Source: the human T2T-CHM13v2.0 reference genome, Homo sapiens
Strand: one strand, 5' to 3'
Length of the DNA stretch: 64,000 nt
NCBI RefSeq assembly: GCF_009914755.1
Contig: NC_060930.1
A program made the translations under genes and the position numbers. Under the pieces are notes generated by a model. It searched no databases, was not told the origin of the DNA, and was given only the letters and a program-made list of their open reading frames with translations. Shown in pieces: positions 16,520 to 30,502 of the stretch; position 1 is the stretch's first letter; every line of letters begins with the position of its first letter.

Positions 16520-16910
16520 CAGCAGTCCCCAACCTTTTTGGCTTCAGGAATGGGTTTCATGGAAGACAATTTTTCCATGGACCAGGGGTCAGGGGGCATG
16601 GTTTCAGGATGATTCAAGTGCATTACACTTATTGTGCACTTTATTTCTATTATTATTACATTGTAATATATAATGAAATCATAATACAACTCACCATAAG
16701 GTAGAATCAGTAGGAGCCCTGAGCTTCTTTTCCTGCAACTAGATGGTCCCATCTGGGGGTGATGGGAGACAGTGACAGATCATCAGGCATTAGATTCTCA
16801 TAAAAAGCATGCACCTAGATCCCTCACATGCACAGTTCACAATAGGGTTTGCACTCCTGTGAGAGTATAATGCCAGTACCCGTCCATGGCCTGGAGGTTG
16901 CGGACCCCTG
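16520..16910. mobile_element. MER1-type (Charlie) DNA transposon relic
   Basis: cagcagtccccaacctttttgg...ggttgcggacccctg termini. Confidence 0.85.
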
Positions 16911-16989
16911 TGATAAGGGACAGGTGGAGGGCAAACAAAGCCTCACCTAGAGCCGTGGCCCCAGTGAGCATGCGTTAGACTCAGCTGGG

Positions 16990-17112
16990 GGGCTTGCTGG
17001 ATCCAGCCTCAGATTCGACACGTCTGGGGTGGGACTGAGGATTTGCATTTATAACAAGTTTCCTATGTGATGCTGATGCTGCTGAGTGGGGGCCATACTT
17101 TGAGAACTGCTG
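16990..17112. mobile_element. MER5A fragment
   Basis: gatttgcatttataacaagtttcc...ccatactttgagaactgctg. Confidence 0.7.
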
Positions 17113-19112
17113 ACCTAGAGGTAATTTTCCACACCACACCTGTCCGGTCCCCATCCTTAAAGACTGCTGTATCACCCAGGTGAACTTGGGGTGCACAGGT
17201 GGGGAAGATGGTAGCTCTGATTGAGAATCCAAGCAAAACCGATTACGTAACACACAACTCTGATGATGGAGGGTGTGACATCTTTCAGGAGTCTCAGAGC
17301 AGACAAAAGTTGCCAGCTAGCAACCCAGAGCATGAAAACCAGAATGAGAAGCTGATATTTGTTTCCTGTGCTGAAAGTAAAGTTTCTTGAAACGCACACT
17401 AGAACTGGTTAATTTTTGGAAAACAGCCATGCCACAAGAAGGCTGTAAAGGGCCTATTTGGCACCATGGCAAGCCAGCAACCAGGAGCAAGACCTTTATC
17501 TTAGGAAACCCAGTTGCCAGGAACTCAGGGGCCTGTTTTGACCTACACAGGGCTTGTTCCCAACTCCCATACCTCAGTATAGAGCAATTGCCAGGATTTC
17601 AGCCGTAGGATGGAGTCTGAGAATGTCTGATCTCAGAGGGAAGGCAGCAGGAAAATGAAAACGCGTTGAGAGTGGCGGCCCCTAGTTCTCCAAATAGAAC
17701 AGCCAGGTCTCACCACTCCCTGGATTCCAATTCTTAAAAATGAACCAGGCCTGCCAGGCAAGGCCACCATAGCTGAAAGGAATGACGTTTGAGCAGGTAA
17801 AAACCTAACCGAAGGGACGGTTCCTGAGTGCGTGGACACAGCGTTGGCAGTGCAGTGGGTGGCAGTGGTGCACGGTGACAGGCTTCAGTGAAGCGACTCT
17901 TATAGTATAGTGGCTGTTGTGTAGGAAGGAGAACATGAAGAATCTTGAATGAACCTATGAGATGAGGTCAGAGCTACACCTAAGAAAACTTCCACGAAAT
18001 GATGAAATGTTGGTACGTGCAATGACCTGGGAGAAACCAGCCGGGGAGAGGAAAATCCTGGGTCTCCAATGGAGTCATCTCCCTGCCAGGCCCCAACTGA
18101 TGGGACTCGGACAGACCTTAGAGCCACGCTGTGTGAATGTGGAAAATATGAAGACAGATCCGCCCAGACATTCAGTGATTCCTTAACAGGCAGATGCAAG
18201 AATTTTGCATACCACAGTAACTTGTCCAGGTCACAAAATCCTCTTTGTGAAGTGTCTGCCTGTAGCCAGGGCAATACTTCCATGGACTGCTGTGACACAG
18301 AGTTCCCGAGGTGCTGGGAGAGCCTGCCTGTGGGTTGAAGATTTGACAATGATGTCCTTGGACCAGCTTTTGTTCCCTCAGATCTGAACTGCTCCCAAGT
18401 CTGTGGATCAATGGAACGACACTAAATGGCACAGATACACCACGTCACGCAGAATTTCAGGGGATTTAACTTATCTGAACATATCACGTGTGAAAAGGCT
18501 TTTTCCGAGCCCTGTAGATGGGTCAGGGATATGGAAATGCAAGTGGAAGAAAGTACAAGGAGGCTTTAGCAGGGACGGGGAGGGTAGGTTTCCATGCAGA
18601 CTTCTGCCACAGCAGGCTCTTTGGGCTGTTTGGGCCTGGGCTTGAATTGCGCTTCACAAGCCCTGGCCTGATTTCTGCAGAGCTTTTCAACACGGAGGAT
18701 GAAAGGCATTCCACAGCTGAAAGGGATTCTGTCCTCCCAGAGTACTGGGGCTGTCGGTGGCACCAACAGCATAACAGCCGTCTGCCGACCCCTGACAGGC
18801 TTAGGAAGGAGCCCTTTCATACCGCTACAGCTCCGTGTTAGCGGCCGCCCGTGGAGAGGGAACTGTTTCCATGAAGAAATACAACTCGTCTTTTTGCTTT
18901 TAATTTCTCTAGAATGAGTGGACTCAGAATGGTGGCAAAAGAGGCAAAGTGAGAGTAGGCGTCTCCAAAATGTCAGGCTGGTGACTGGACCAGGGGCAGG
19001 AGGAGCAAAGCAGCTCAATTACCTGAAGAGCTTCAAAAAGTTTTTTTTTGTTTTTGTTTTTGTTTTTTTAATTGTGGTAAAATACATGTAACATAAAATT
19101 TACCATTTTACC

Positions 19113-19424
19113 ATTTTATTTATTTATATATTTTTGGAGATAGGGTCTCTCTCTGTTGCCCAGGCTGGAGTGCAGTGGTGTGATCTTGGCTCTCTGCAAC
19201 CTCCATCTCTTCGGTTCAAGCGATTCTCATGCCTCAGCCACCTGAATAGCTAGGATTATAGGTGTGTGCCACCATACCTGGCTAATTTTTAATTTTTGTA
19301 ATTTTAGTAGAGATGGGCTTTCACCATGTTGACCAGGCTGGTCTTGAACTCCTGGCCTCATGTGACTGCACGCCTTGGCCTCCCAAAGTGCTGGGATTAC
19401 AAGTGTGAGCCACCATGCCCGGCC
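19113..19424 (-). mobile_element. Alu
   Basis: Antisense dimeric Alu. Confidence 0.9.
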
Positions 19425-19564
19425 GAATACATATTTTAAATTATAATTTTTTAATGCAGATTTCATTCAGTAAAGCCATTGAAAAAGAATGAGATTGTTC
19501 TGTGCTGATGTGGAGAGATGTTAAAAATCCTTATTTTTTAAAAAAAGGATTTTTTTTAAAAAAA

Positions 19565-19698
19565 TATACGTATATACGTGTATACATAGAGATACACGTA
19601 TATACGTGTATACATAGAGATACACGTATATACGTGTATACATATAGATACACACACATACATATATATATATATACACACACACACGTACATACATA
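19565..19698. repeat. 28-bp minisatellite x3 grading into (TA)n/(CA)n
   Basis: Unit tacacgtatatacgtgtatacatagaga at 19565, 19593, 19621. Confidence 0.9.
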
Positions 19699-19699
19699 T

Positions 19700-19915
19700 T
19701 CCATTGCTTCTGTCCCTCTAAAGAACCCTGACTAATACACCCTCTCACAGTGTAATGACCTTTGCCAGGTTATGCCACAGCAAGAAGACTCTCACCAGAT
19801 GCCAGTGCCATGCTGTTGGACTTCCCAGCCTCCAGAACTGTAAGAAATGAATCTCTGTTCTTTATAAATTACCCAGCCTCAGGTATTCAGTTACAGTAAC
19901 ACAAAACAGACTAAG
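19700..19915 (+). mobile_element. MaLR LTR fragments (MLT/MST 3' ends)
   Basis: ggacttcccagcctccagaactgtaagaaat...tttataaattacccagcctcaggtattc...cagactaaga. Confidence 0.75.
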
Positions 19916-20009
19916 AAATGTATCTTTGGCAATCTGGTGAAGCTAATGACCAATTTTGGGAATAATGGCCCCCCTCCCTGCCCAATAAGGTTTTTTTAAA
20001 AGAAATTAT

Positions 20010-20275
20010 TTTTATTACTATTATTTTTGAGACAGGGTCTTGCTTTTTCACCTAGGCTGGAGTGCAGTGGCACGATCATAGTTTGCTGTAACCTCAAACT
20101 CCTGGGCTTGAGCAATCCTCCCACCTCCACCTTCTGAGTAGCTGGGACTATAGGCACACACCACCATGTTTGGCTAATTTTTAAATGTTTTTTATAGAGA
20201 TGGGATCTGGCTATGTTGTCCAGGCTGATCTCAATCTCTTGGCCTCAAGGGATCCTCCTGTCTTGGTCTCCAATA
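20010..20275 (-). mobile_element. AluJ
   Basis: Antisense degenerate Alu. Confidence 0.85.
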
Positions 20276-20514
20276 AAGTTTTTAAGTGTGCAAAACAGTA
20301 TGCATATAATTACAAAATAATAAATTATATTGATGTATCGTTCTCCAAATTTAAAAAAATTATCAATAAAACAATGTATAAGCCTTTCATTGAAGTATTA
20401 AATAACAAAAGCTGGTTGTGGTCTACTGGTTTCCATAATCTCAGAGAAGTAATGACTATAAATGCCACTTCAAGATATCGCAAAACCAATAATGAGATCT
20501 GAAAATAGATGTGA

Positions 20515-20718
20515 AGCCTAGGCAAGATGGTAAGACCTCGTCTCTACAAAACATTTTTAAAAACATTAGCTAGGCATGGGTCCACATTGGTAGTCCCAGC
20601 TACTTAAGAGGCTGAAGCAGCAGAGTTGCTTGAGAGCAGGAGTTTGAGGCTGCAGTGAGCTGTGTTTGCACCACTGCACTCCTACAGAGCAAGACCCTCA
20701 TCTCAAAAAAAAAAAAAA
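20515..20718 (+). mobile_element. 5'-truncated AluJ
   Basis: 15-bp TSD tgaaaatagatgtga (20500-20514, 20721-20735). Confidence 0.85.
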
Positions 20719-23700
20719 GATGAAAATAGATGTGATTTCTATTGGTGATAAAGACACAGATATTGCTTACACAATTGTGATTTGTTGTCATAATCAAAGA
20801 AAATACTGAATTTCACTTAGAGTTAGTGAAAATAAAGATGCATTTTTTTCCCCACCTAAGTTCAGAGACACCCCTGCCCCCAGATTCATACTCCAGGCTG
20901 GGAGCTACTGGCATAACTGACGGATGAAAAGAAGAGAAGAATGGACACAGAGAGATTGGAGGTGGAGAATGAGAGCAGGCTTGTAAGGAATGAGATCCAG
21001 CATTAGAAGGGAGAGATGTATCTTTCCCTGTGACTTGGTTTCCCCATTCAAGGAAGAGGAAGTAGGTGGGTACAGCATATATTAGGTCATCAGGAAAGCA
21101 GGTAAGGAAGCTTTCCTCAGATGGCCTCAGAGTGAATGAATGGATGAATGAAAGCAAGAGGTTGTTTTAAGCAAGTAAGGGAGAAACCCGGATGTTACAG
21201 GAAACCTAAGGAGAGAAGTTCCGGAACTGATCTGAGGACTGAGCCAGGGAGTCCAGGAGAGCAGAGGCCAGGGGCTAGATGGAGTGGGTGAGCATCCATT
21301 TCTGCTGGCCAGGCTGGTTCACCTGGGGACTTTCTTCAGAAATTCTGTGCTGCAGGAGGAGACAGCAGATTGAAGTGACAGCCTAGTGGGTGGATTCTTT
21401 GAAAGCTGAGGAGGAGTGAGAAGCCTTGTGCGTGCGTCAAAAATAAATAAATAAATAAATAAATAAAGGCTAAATGGTAGATTTCTGAGTGGAGAGTGTG
21501 TTTGAAGGGGCCCAGGGAGGGGACTAACACATGGTGAAATGGCAGATGCTGAATCCTTGAAGACTTCAGGTTCAGGGGATTTGCAAATCGCAAACGCAAC
21601 AAGAAAGGACGAGGGGATCCAAGGTGCACTCGGGGTCTTAAGGATGTTGCTCATTTAACACAATTGTTGGCATTAAAGAATTTCCAGGAAATGTCAACAG
21701 TTGGGTAGCTTTGAACAGCCCTAAAAGTGACTCAGCCAGATGGTTCCTGTAAGAATTCCTCCCTCATTCCTCCTTGTCTGCCGTCCTCCTCCTCATACAA
21801 GCTGTTTCCAGAGTGCAGATTAAGGCTTGTCAGCCAAAGAGGAACCCTACTTCAGATATCTCAGGCAACATTTACTTATCTTCACAAGCTTCCTTATTTT
21901 AAGTGCAGAGCCCTCTGACCTTTCGCTGTTTGTTCCCCTTCATCTAATTTACCCTACGTGAACTACCGCTTTTCCTGCTCCCTTCTCCTTCCCTTGCTGG
22001 TCCATTAATGCCAGCTCCTTCCTCTCTTTTTTTCTCTCCATCCTTTCTTCTCTCCTGTTTCCTCAGGGAGATGTCGAGTTTTAGCACTTCACAGCCGGAG
22101 TGATACAGAGCTGCTCTTTCCAGGCTAGCTCTGTCTTTTGCTTCATGGCAGAAACTTGAGTGTCAAGTCCGGATCCCTTGGCCTAGAACTCTGAAGAGTC
22201 AGCCTCATTTGTTAGTTCCGAGACAGACAGCTTTGGGAAGCTGAGAAAGCGCAGATCCTGGTCTTGCTCCTCTCCCTGGAGTTTCACTAGCTCTCAGGCC
22301 TGCTTGGCCTTTGCTTCTGAGGAGTCTGGAGTGATTTGCCATTCCCACAGGCGCCTCAAATAGCCTATGTCTGACTTAAATCTGATCTAGACCCTTTCAT
22401 CCTTCCTACAAGGGAGTTAATGACATAGGGAATTTCAACACTGAGCCTGAACCTGTGGGGTCTGTGCACATGACCTGCACATCAGGTGCAGCTCCTCAGG
22501 CCTTCCTAGGGTCCCTCCTTCCCAGGGCATTGATGGCCAATGATGAGCAGGTCAGAGACAAAGGGGCATACATACACATGTATTCCAGACTGTTGTTCTA
22601 GGATTGAGTCCCTTCAATGAGCGAGAAATGAATTAATCTATAATTGCCCAAGAAGGCTTCTAAAAGTGACTTAATCTTTCGCTTTCATTCATGGCTGAAG
22701 AGAAGCAGTTAAGGTGATTAGAATCTGTATAAAATCAGGAAAGAAAGGTGTTTCTATAATTAGAATGACATTTTAGAGGAAGTCCAACAACCAGCTTAGG
22801 TAGTTTATCTTACAGAGTTGTGGTTGGACCACAGCAATGCTACAAAAGCTGTCACAGCTCAAGTCATCGTTCAGGAATTTACCCAGCAGATGTAGACTCA
22901 GAGATAGGATTCAAAAGGGAGCCTCAACTTGAATGCACAAGGCAAAGGATTTTGAATAGCTTCCATTTGCATCAGTTTTTTGTAGCAGTCTTGGCTTAAG
23001 TAAATTGTAACACTGCGCTTCTGGCGGTGACTTGGCATAAACTCTGTGAAGTGATGTGCCTTCTTCATCTCTATCATCTAGACTTCTTGGACAACATTCC
23101 CTGCAGGGGCCATTACTACTGCCAAATGCATAAGGGCTGGGGTGGAGGAGTGAGGGCGCCAAGCCCAGGGGATGTCTAGGCAGAGGGATCTTTCCTGCTT
23201 AAGCAAAAGTTAGGTAAATAAGGGTCAATAACATGGTAGCCTATGAATTAGAGTGAGGTGAAGTTATTTTTGTTTTCATTTCTATACAGAGTTGTGCATA
23301 CATCATGTATCTGTAATTCATTCTTACAGTAATTGTAACAGTCATTTCATTTTTTAGATCGAGTCACCCAGGCTTGTCACAACAGGTGCTAAAAATGCAC
23401 AAGATAAAAGAAGCAAGAAGTGAAACCGGAAAATGGTTCTGTGAATCAGGGAGGTGGGGTGTATAGACAGACATCAGAGGACACCCAGGTTTCTCTTCAT
23501 TTCACCAGTAAAGAGCAACCTGAATGACTTACCATGCAATTATATCTGTTCTTTTTAAGCAACAGTTCAGAGACTATGAAAGCAGCGCTGATCATATCAT
23601 GTGGTTTACTAGGAGGCATATAATCGCAGGTTTACAAAGCAAGAAATGGGACTAAATTGAGACAAACCAACATCACAAAGAGAATCCAAAATCCATGAAA

Positions 23701-24286
23701 GAAGAACTAGCTCCTAGATTTAAAATTTATATAACTGGTTAGGAGATTCGAGTTTTCATTGAGGGTTGGTTCTCAAGTCACATTGCTGAAAGAAACTTAG
23801 GGGAATGGATGCCATCGTGATGACACTTCACATTTGGGTGGATGGTGCTTTTAGTTTTGACAAAGCACTCTCCTTTTTGGCCTTATTTAGAACTGCTGTT
23901 AGATTTACTGCAGAATCATGTGGTATGAGAATGTCATATGTTCAAGACAATAATCTATGTGGATACAGGGGGTTGCTACAATGTTATCATAATAGATGGA
24001 CTGAATTCTGGATGTATTTATATCAGGACCTGCTCATGAAGGAGTGAATGAGATTTCAGATTTTGCAGTATTAATTCTTATTTTTAAGTGAAGGGGAAAC
24101 CATAGACCAGAAGGAACATTCATGAGCATTCTCTAAGACTCAGCAAAAGATAGAAAGGAAAGGCCAGCCCCTCCATAAAACACTCTATGTCATGCAAATT
24201 TGAAATTAGGCTGAGCTCAATCTGCGATGGTTGCCCTTAAACACTGCTAAGAAGGAAGTAAGCAAAGACGCTCTTTTAAATGGTCA

Positions 24287-24591
24287 GTGCTGGGCACAGT
24301 GGCTCATGCCTGTAATCCCAGCACTTTGGGAGGCTGAGGCACGCAGATCGCTTGAGTCCAGGAGTTCGAGACCAGCCTGGGCAACATGATGAAACCCCAT
24401 CTCTACAAAATACAGAAAAAAAAAAATTAGCTGGGCGTGGTGGCATGTGCCTGTAATCCCAGCAACCCAAGAGCCTAAAGTGGTAGGATCGCTTGAGCCA
24501 CAGGAGGTAGAGGGTGCAGTGAGCTGTGATCATGCCACTGCTCTCCAGCCTGGGTGACAGAGTAAGATCCTGTATCAAAAAAAAAAAAAAA
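24287..24591 (+). mobile_element. AluJ
   Basis: Dimeric Alu with A tail. Confidence 0.9.
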
Positions 24592-25044
24592 TTGTTTTTC
24601 AGTGCTTGGTGTGAAGTATTAGGTTACAGTGTTAAAATACTAGAGAATTCTAGAGAATTCTAAAATTTGCTCCCCCAATCTAAGAGCTATGTTCTCATCC
24701 TCTTGTTGTCTACACTAGCTTTGGTTGTCCACACTAGCTTTGGACACACAAACACATACCCAGAGGCCATAGGTAGGTTACTTGCCTTTCATTTTCACAT
24801 TTCCAAAATGAGGGTTTGAACCAGATGGCTTTGAAGTGCCTCCAGTTCCCACACGCGTTGGTTTTCAATCAAAATTGTAGGTCTGTTGATTTCCATTGTT
24901 CAGCTTCATGGATGCTGACTCATGAACAGCCTCCCCCAGCACACACACAGACACCACAGGCACCCACACCCCTCTACCTTGGATGCACCCATTCATGCTT
25001 CAGATCCCACAAACTGATCAGGCGCCTATATTGAGAGCAGCAGG

Positions 25045-25096
25045 GTGTAAAAAACAGGCAAAGAGCTGGAATTGTATTTTCTTTTAAATCTTTATT
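25045..25096 (-). terminator. Distal polyadenylation signal AATAAA (25096-25091), CA cleavage at ~25073, U-rich downstream element
   Basis: Minus strand: AATAAAgatttaaaagaaaataCA|attccagctctttgcctgttttttac; UGUA motifs upstream (~25437, ~25561). Confidence 0.7.
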
Positions 25097-26908
25097 TATC
25101 CTTTTCATTCCTTTATCCCACCAATGCAAATTGCGGAGAACAGCTGGAAGCCACGTCAGAGCGGCACAGGCCAGCTGGCTGAGTGATGCTGACCGCTGGC
25201 TCCGAGCATCGAGCATCGCAGAGATCACAACGGGCATCAGCTCTGGAGCTCCTAGCGGCAGGCACAGGGCTGCTGGAGGCCCGCAGGGAGGGCCGCCTCC
25301 CAGCTTCCACAGTAGTTTGGCCTTAAAAACACTAAGAACAGTTGCATTCATTGTCTTTTTTTTTCTTCTTTTTTTCCTTTAATAATAAAAAAGAAAACCA
25401 AAACCTCCTATAATTTATAAGCTATGTTTGACTATCTACATTATATAGAAAATATAGACTCTGTTTACTTTATAACACACATCTTTTTCCCTTGATAAAT
25501 AACTCTTTAAAATATCTAGTATACATGCCTTGACTTCTTATATATATAAGTTTGGTTTTATACATATACATACATATATACTCATGTTTGTAAAACACAA
25601 TAAATATATACTCGACAATGACAGCCAAACAAATGCCATTTTGGTTAAAAAACACAACAACAACAATAAAAAGCAGATGAAGTACTATAAAAGCACCAGG
25701 CAGCAGACAGAAAGCCACATTTGCTAGAAACTTCTCCCTCCCCTGGGCAAGGCACAGGGCAGAATACTAAATACGTCCAGGTGCCTGAAAGAGAAGGAAG
25801 GCAGCAAAGGAATGGGTCAGATCACAAGCTTTTGTTTTGTTTCTTAGCCTGGGATTAGACCAAGAATCACAAGTAAGTCATTGCGTTTATAAGGAAAAAC
25901 CAAGGGGCTCATTCAACAGCTTAGCCCTTGTGGTGGCTGCAGGGGACAGTAGAGACCTGGAAGGGGAAGGAGAGAGACAGTGACCTGGTGACAACTCCAT
26001 GACTATTGTCTAGCCCCTGCCTACATCTGCCCAGGCAAGCTTTTGATTGCCACACTAAGCATCAAGCCATTGCATATAATATGTTCTTTTCATGACTCTA
26101 TTCACTGCTGGTGTAAACAGAAAGGAGTATTCAGTAGTGCAACACTTTGGGAGGCTGAATGAGAGCCACAGTTTCGGTGGCCCCCTCAAGGGCTCCAGCA
26201 AATGGGGACTGTGACGTGGGGGAGAAAAAGGCCAGTGGGCCATTGCCTTCCACTCCTGAGACAGTACCGGCTTCACCTCCAGATGCCACTGGGAACACTG
26301 AGCCCATCACCTTTTAAAGAAGCGCAGGAGGTCTTGACTCTTCCTATGAGAAGTCCCAGAAGCCCCAGTCAGTCTGGGTGGGGGGTCCCCTGAAACTCAG
26401 AGCACGCTCCAGCTGCTGGCTCCTGTGCCTGGCGGGGAGAAGGTGGAGAGGCGGGCATGCCTGCCGCTGAGAAAGACATAATAACGCTCCAGCTGCACAC
26501 CCCTTTTCTTCCACGGCCCTCCTCTTTCTCCCCAAAAGGAAACTAAAATGTGGGGTTCTGATCATTGATTTTTAAACAAGCTCCCCAATGTCATGGCCTC
26601 TGCTCTGTAAACTCCAAGGCTCTGATGGCCAAAAACGTAGGCGGTGGTGGAGCAGTAGGCGGTGTCAAGGCTAGATTTGTATTAATATCTAGGAGTGGGG
26701 TGGGGATGCAGGTGGAGGGTGAGCCAAGTAGACCAAGCCTCAGGAAATCCCAGAGGTGAAGATTTGATGCACATCCCCCATCCTTGCCAAATAAAATACA
26801 AGTTAGAGGTCATTGTTCACATTACAGTCACAATGGGACATTTTAAACAGCTCGTTTTCTGAGTACATTCAAGACATAATTGAATTTATTTTAAAAAATG
26901 GATTTCCC

Positions 26909-27203
26909 GGCTGGGCACGGTGGATCACGCCTGTCATCCCAGCACTTTGGGAGGTCAAGGCGGGCGGATCACAAGGTCAGGAGTTCAAGACCAGCCTGAC
27001 CAATATGGGGAAACCTTGTCTCTACTAAAAATACAAAAATTAGCCGGGCATGGTGGCGTGCGTCTGTAATCCCAGCTACTCAGGAGGCTGAGGCAGGAGA
27101 ATCGCTTGAACCCGGGAGGCGGTGTTGCAGTGAGCTGAGATCACGCCATTGCACTCCAGCCTGGGTGACAGAGTAAGACTCTGTCTCAAAAAAAAAAAAA
27201 AAA
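26909..27203 (+). mobile_element. AluS in the GFOD1 3'UTR (antisense in the mRNA)
   Basis: Full Alu; TSD-like ggatttcc. Confidence 0.93.
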
Positions 27204-29422
27204 GGATTTCCAGATTTCCCTGCAACTGCTCAGCGAATTGAGGTCCAATGCAGGTCTAATTCCAACTTCTCTGCCACTAGCCACAGGACTTCAGACAAGT
27301 CACTTCATCTCTCTGAGCCTCCTTTCCCTAGAGCTCTGGAGGTGCTATGTGAGGCAGCATGAGACTTAAGAGGCAGAAAACCTGACTTTTTGTCCTGGCT
27401 CTACCACTAAAGATGTGGGTGGCCTTGACCATCACTCTCTGTTATGTAAAACAAAAGGACGGCTATTGGACTGTGAAGCCCCTTCAGATGCAGCTGAATT
27501 TACCTTCTGCCCAGAAAATCATTAACAAAGCTGATTCTGCCCCCAGTACCCACCAGAATGCAAGAGATCAGATCAGAAACCCAACTTATGATCACAGGCC
27601 AAATTCAATAGCTGTGGCTATGAGACAAGATGAAGAGAGTAGGGGTGCAAAGAAAGGTGCAGTGCACAGCTAAAATTGGAGTGACAAACAAACGAACTTT
27701 AAAGCCCCACTCCCTGAGAAAGGACATTTTCCTACGTTATATTCAGACCCCCAAGAGCAAATTCCAAGGCCATCTATAATAGTCAGCCAACAAGATTTTG
27801 AAAATCCCCAGCCCTGAGGCTTGCTGCATCACCTACAATCAAAATGAACATAGGAAGTCAATTTTAAAAAAGGCTGAGTGATATTTCCATTTTGGAATGG
27901 GAAGAAACACTGGCTACTTCTATGTGCAGCTCTACAGCCTCCTGGCAGAACATCAGATGTTGCATCCTGCTGAACAGGAGGGTGCTGACAGCAGGCTGAG
28001 TGGAGCCGCAGGTTAGTCCATGCTTGTCACAGTCCTTCCTGGGTGTGAGAGCAGACCCCGTAGACATTGATAAGGAGCGGTTTCCTGCCTGGCAAGAACA
28101 GGAGGTGCCCACATCTCTTCCTGGGAGGCAGTGTGGTCTGGAGGAGAAGATTAAGGATTTGAATGACCTCATTTCTGCCTAACAGTTGTGTGACTTTGAA
28201 CAAGTTCCTCTTCCTCTTACTGCCTCCATTTTCTCATGTGTATAAAAGAAATAGCAATACCCAACACTATAGGGTTGTTTTTATGGATTGTATGAGATAA
28301 CATACTTAAAATACTCTGCACACAGTGGACAAGTCTTGGAGTTGGCCAGTCTTGGAGTTGGCCAAGACTACCCTAGAGTCCAGATATAACTGGCACAGTG
28401 GTATTTGCTGCCATGTAGGCTAAGGGGGGTCTGGGGTGCCCTACAATGCAATTGTCTGTTGAGAGGAGAAGTCTTGGAGGAGCTGACAGTGATCACAGAT
28501 TCAAACTTTTCAAATAGGCCCAGGGCACTCCCAAACATTTTTTAAATACCAGGTAAGAACCCTGACCCACACCCTCCCTCATAACTTGGAATCTAGGCCA
28601 TTCGCACATTGATGGGAACGAAACAGGCATGCAGGAACTAAATGGGAAGACTCTTAAAGCACTGCCTCCTTGCATCGAGGCCCTTGAAACACATTAAACA
28701 AAGCAGAAAGGAGCCAAAAGATTGCTGGGTTTTAGTCCTAGGTCAAAGTCAGCTGTGGGTACCCAGACCCCTAAAGGCATGATGAACGGTGCTGGGCTGA
28801 AACAAAGTCCTTCTGCAGAACACTGTTGAAGGCTAGAGATTTCAGCTTCATATAGCTACCCCAAATCAAGTCTTTGCATGTGGTGGGATAAGGGCAAATG
28901 GAGCACTAAAGGAGTATCTCAAACCCATTTGCTACAGTTTATATTTAAAGAAAATGAACTATCCAGTTCTTTTCTTTCTCTTGTTCCTTCACCTACCTAC
29001 TACATGCATTTCAGTAGATAAAATTTGAGTACACACACTAAAATATTTTTTCATGCCTCTTTTAAAGAATATATGTTCTTTCTAATACCCCAGCTTCAAA
29101 TGAGATTTTTTGTTTTAGACATTAAATATGTATTACAGAGCTTAGAGGCCTTTGTGGGGACCTCTCTCCAAAACCCGAAGTTTTGGGAAAAGATTTCGCG
29201 AGTATTATGGTTTAGTACAGAAACATACAATTGAAACCCCAGGAATATCCCTATTTAGGTTATGAATGACTTAGAAAAATGAAACCCATTGAATCATTTT
29301 GTTTACTTTCCCTTCATCCTTAATCGGAGCCCTTCAGGCTAGCTAGAAAATAATAATAATAATAATTCCAATGTTTCCCCAAAAACTACTTTCCCAGGGA
29401 GCAATTTAGAAGAACCAGAATC

Positions 29423-29771
<349 letters not shown>

Positions 29772-30453
29772 CTATTATTGGGAGACTTCCATTCCAGCAA
29801 ATCTCTGGTTTGGAACTGATAGCTGCAAGAGCTGGAATGCTGACCATGAAGTCTGTCAGCAACAGGTCAGGGACCACAACAAACCACGCATGGAATTTCA
29901 GCTTACCCACCCTGCAGTGCTGTAGCAAAGCCTCGGGAAGCAGGGCGACTCTTTCCAGGAAGGCAGTACTTACTTCTCTGTTCTAGAAAATGCCCAGCAT
30001 TCCCCTCGTGTTTGGACACACCACACTTGCACCTATGAGTAGCCTGGGCTTCAAAGAATATTGACCCTAGGGAGGACAATGAAGGATGCAACTGATTGGG
30101 CTGTTCATTCTCAGATTTTGCCTACACAGGCTGGAGGTGGACTCCAGTCCTCTTAGATTCCCTTCTAGTTCCAATGGCAGCTATCTGAAAAGAACTCTAA
30201 ACCTCAGTTGCATGTAAAGACACCTGTTGGACTTCAGTGAGCCTGTGAACAAAAGCTACGTAGACTTATGAGGAATGGCTTCCACGTCCACACTTGACAA
30301 ATGTCTTACGTGGGGTGAAGAATTAAACAAAGATAACAAAGGATAATTCCCTGTTCTCTGAATGCACTTGATTGGCTCTTTCTTTCAAGACCAGATCTGA
30401 ATTTTTAAAGAATGGTTTCAGCGACATTTGTCGGTAGCAACCATTCAAAAATC

Positions 30454-30502
30454 TGTGTGTGTGTGTGTGTGTGTGTGTGTGCACGTGCATGTGTGTGTGT
30501 GT
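30454..30502. repeat. (TG)n microsatellite, interrupted; (CA)n in the mRNA
   Basis: tgtgtg...gcacgtgcatgtgtg. Confidence 0.95.

Noticed and set aside
19565-19650. Regular 28-bp repeats superficially like a CRISPR array
   Set aside because: No spacers, eukaryotic context; simple minisatellite.
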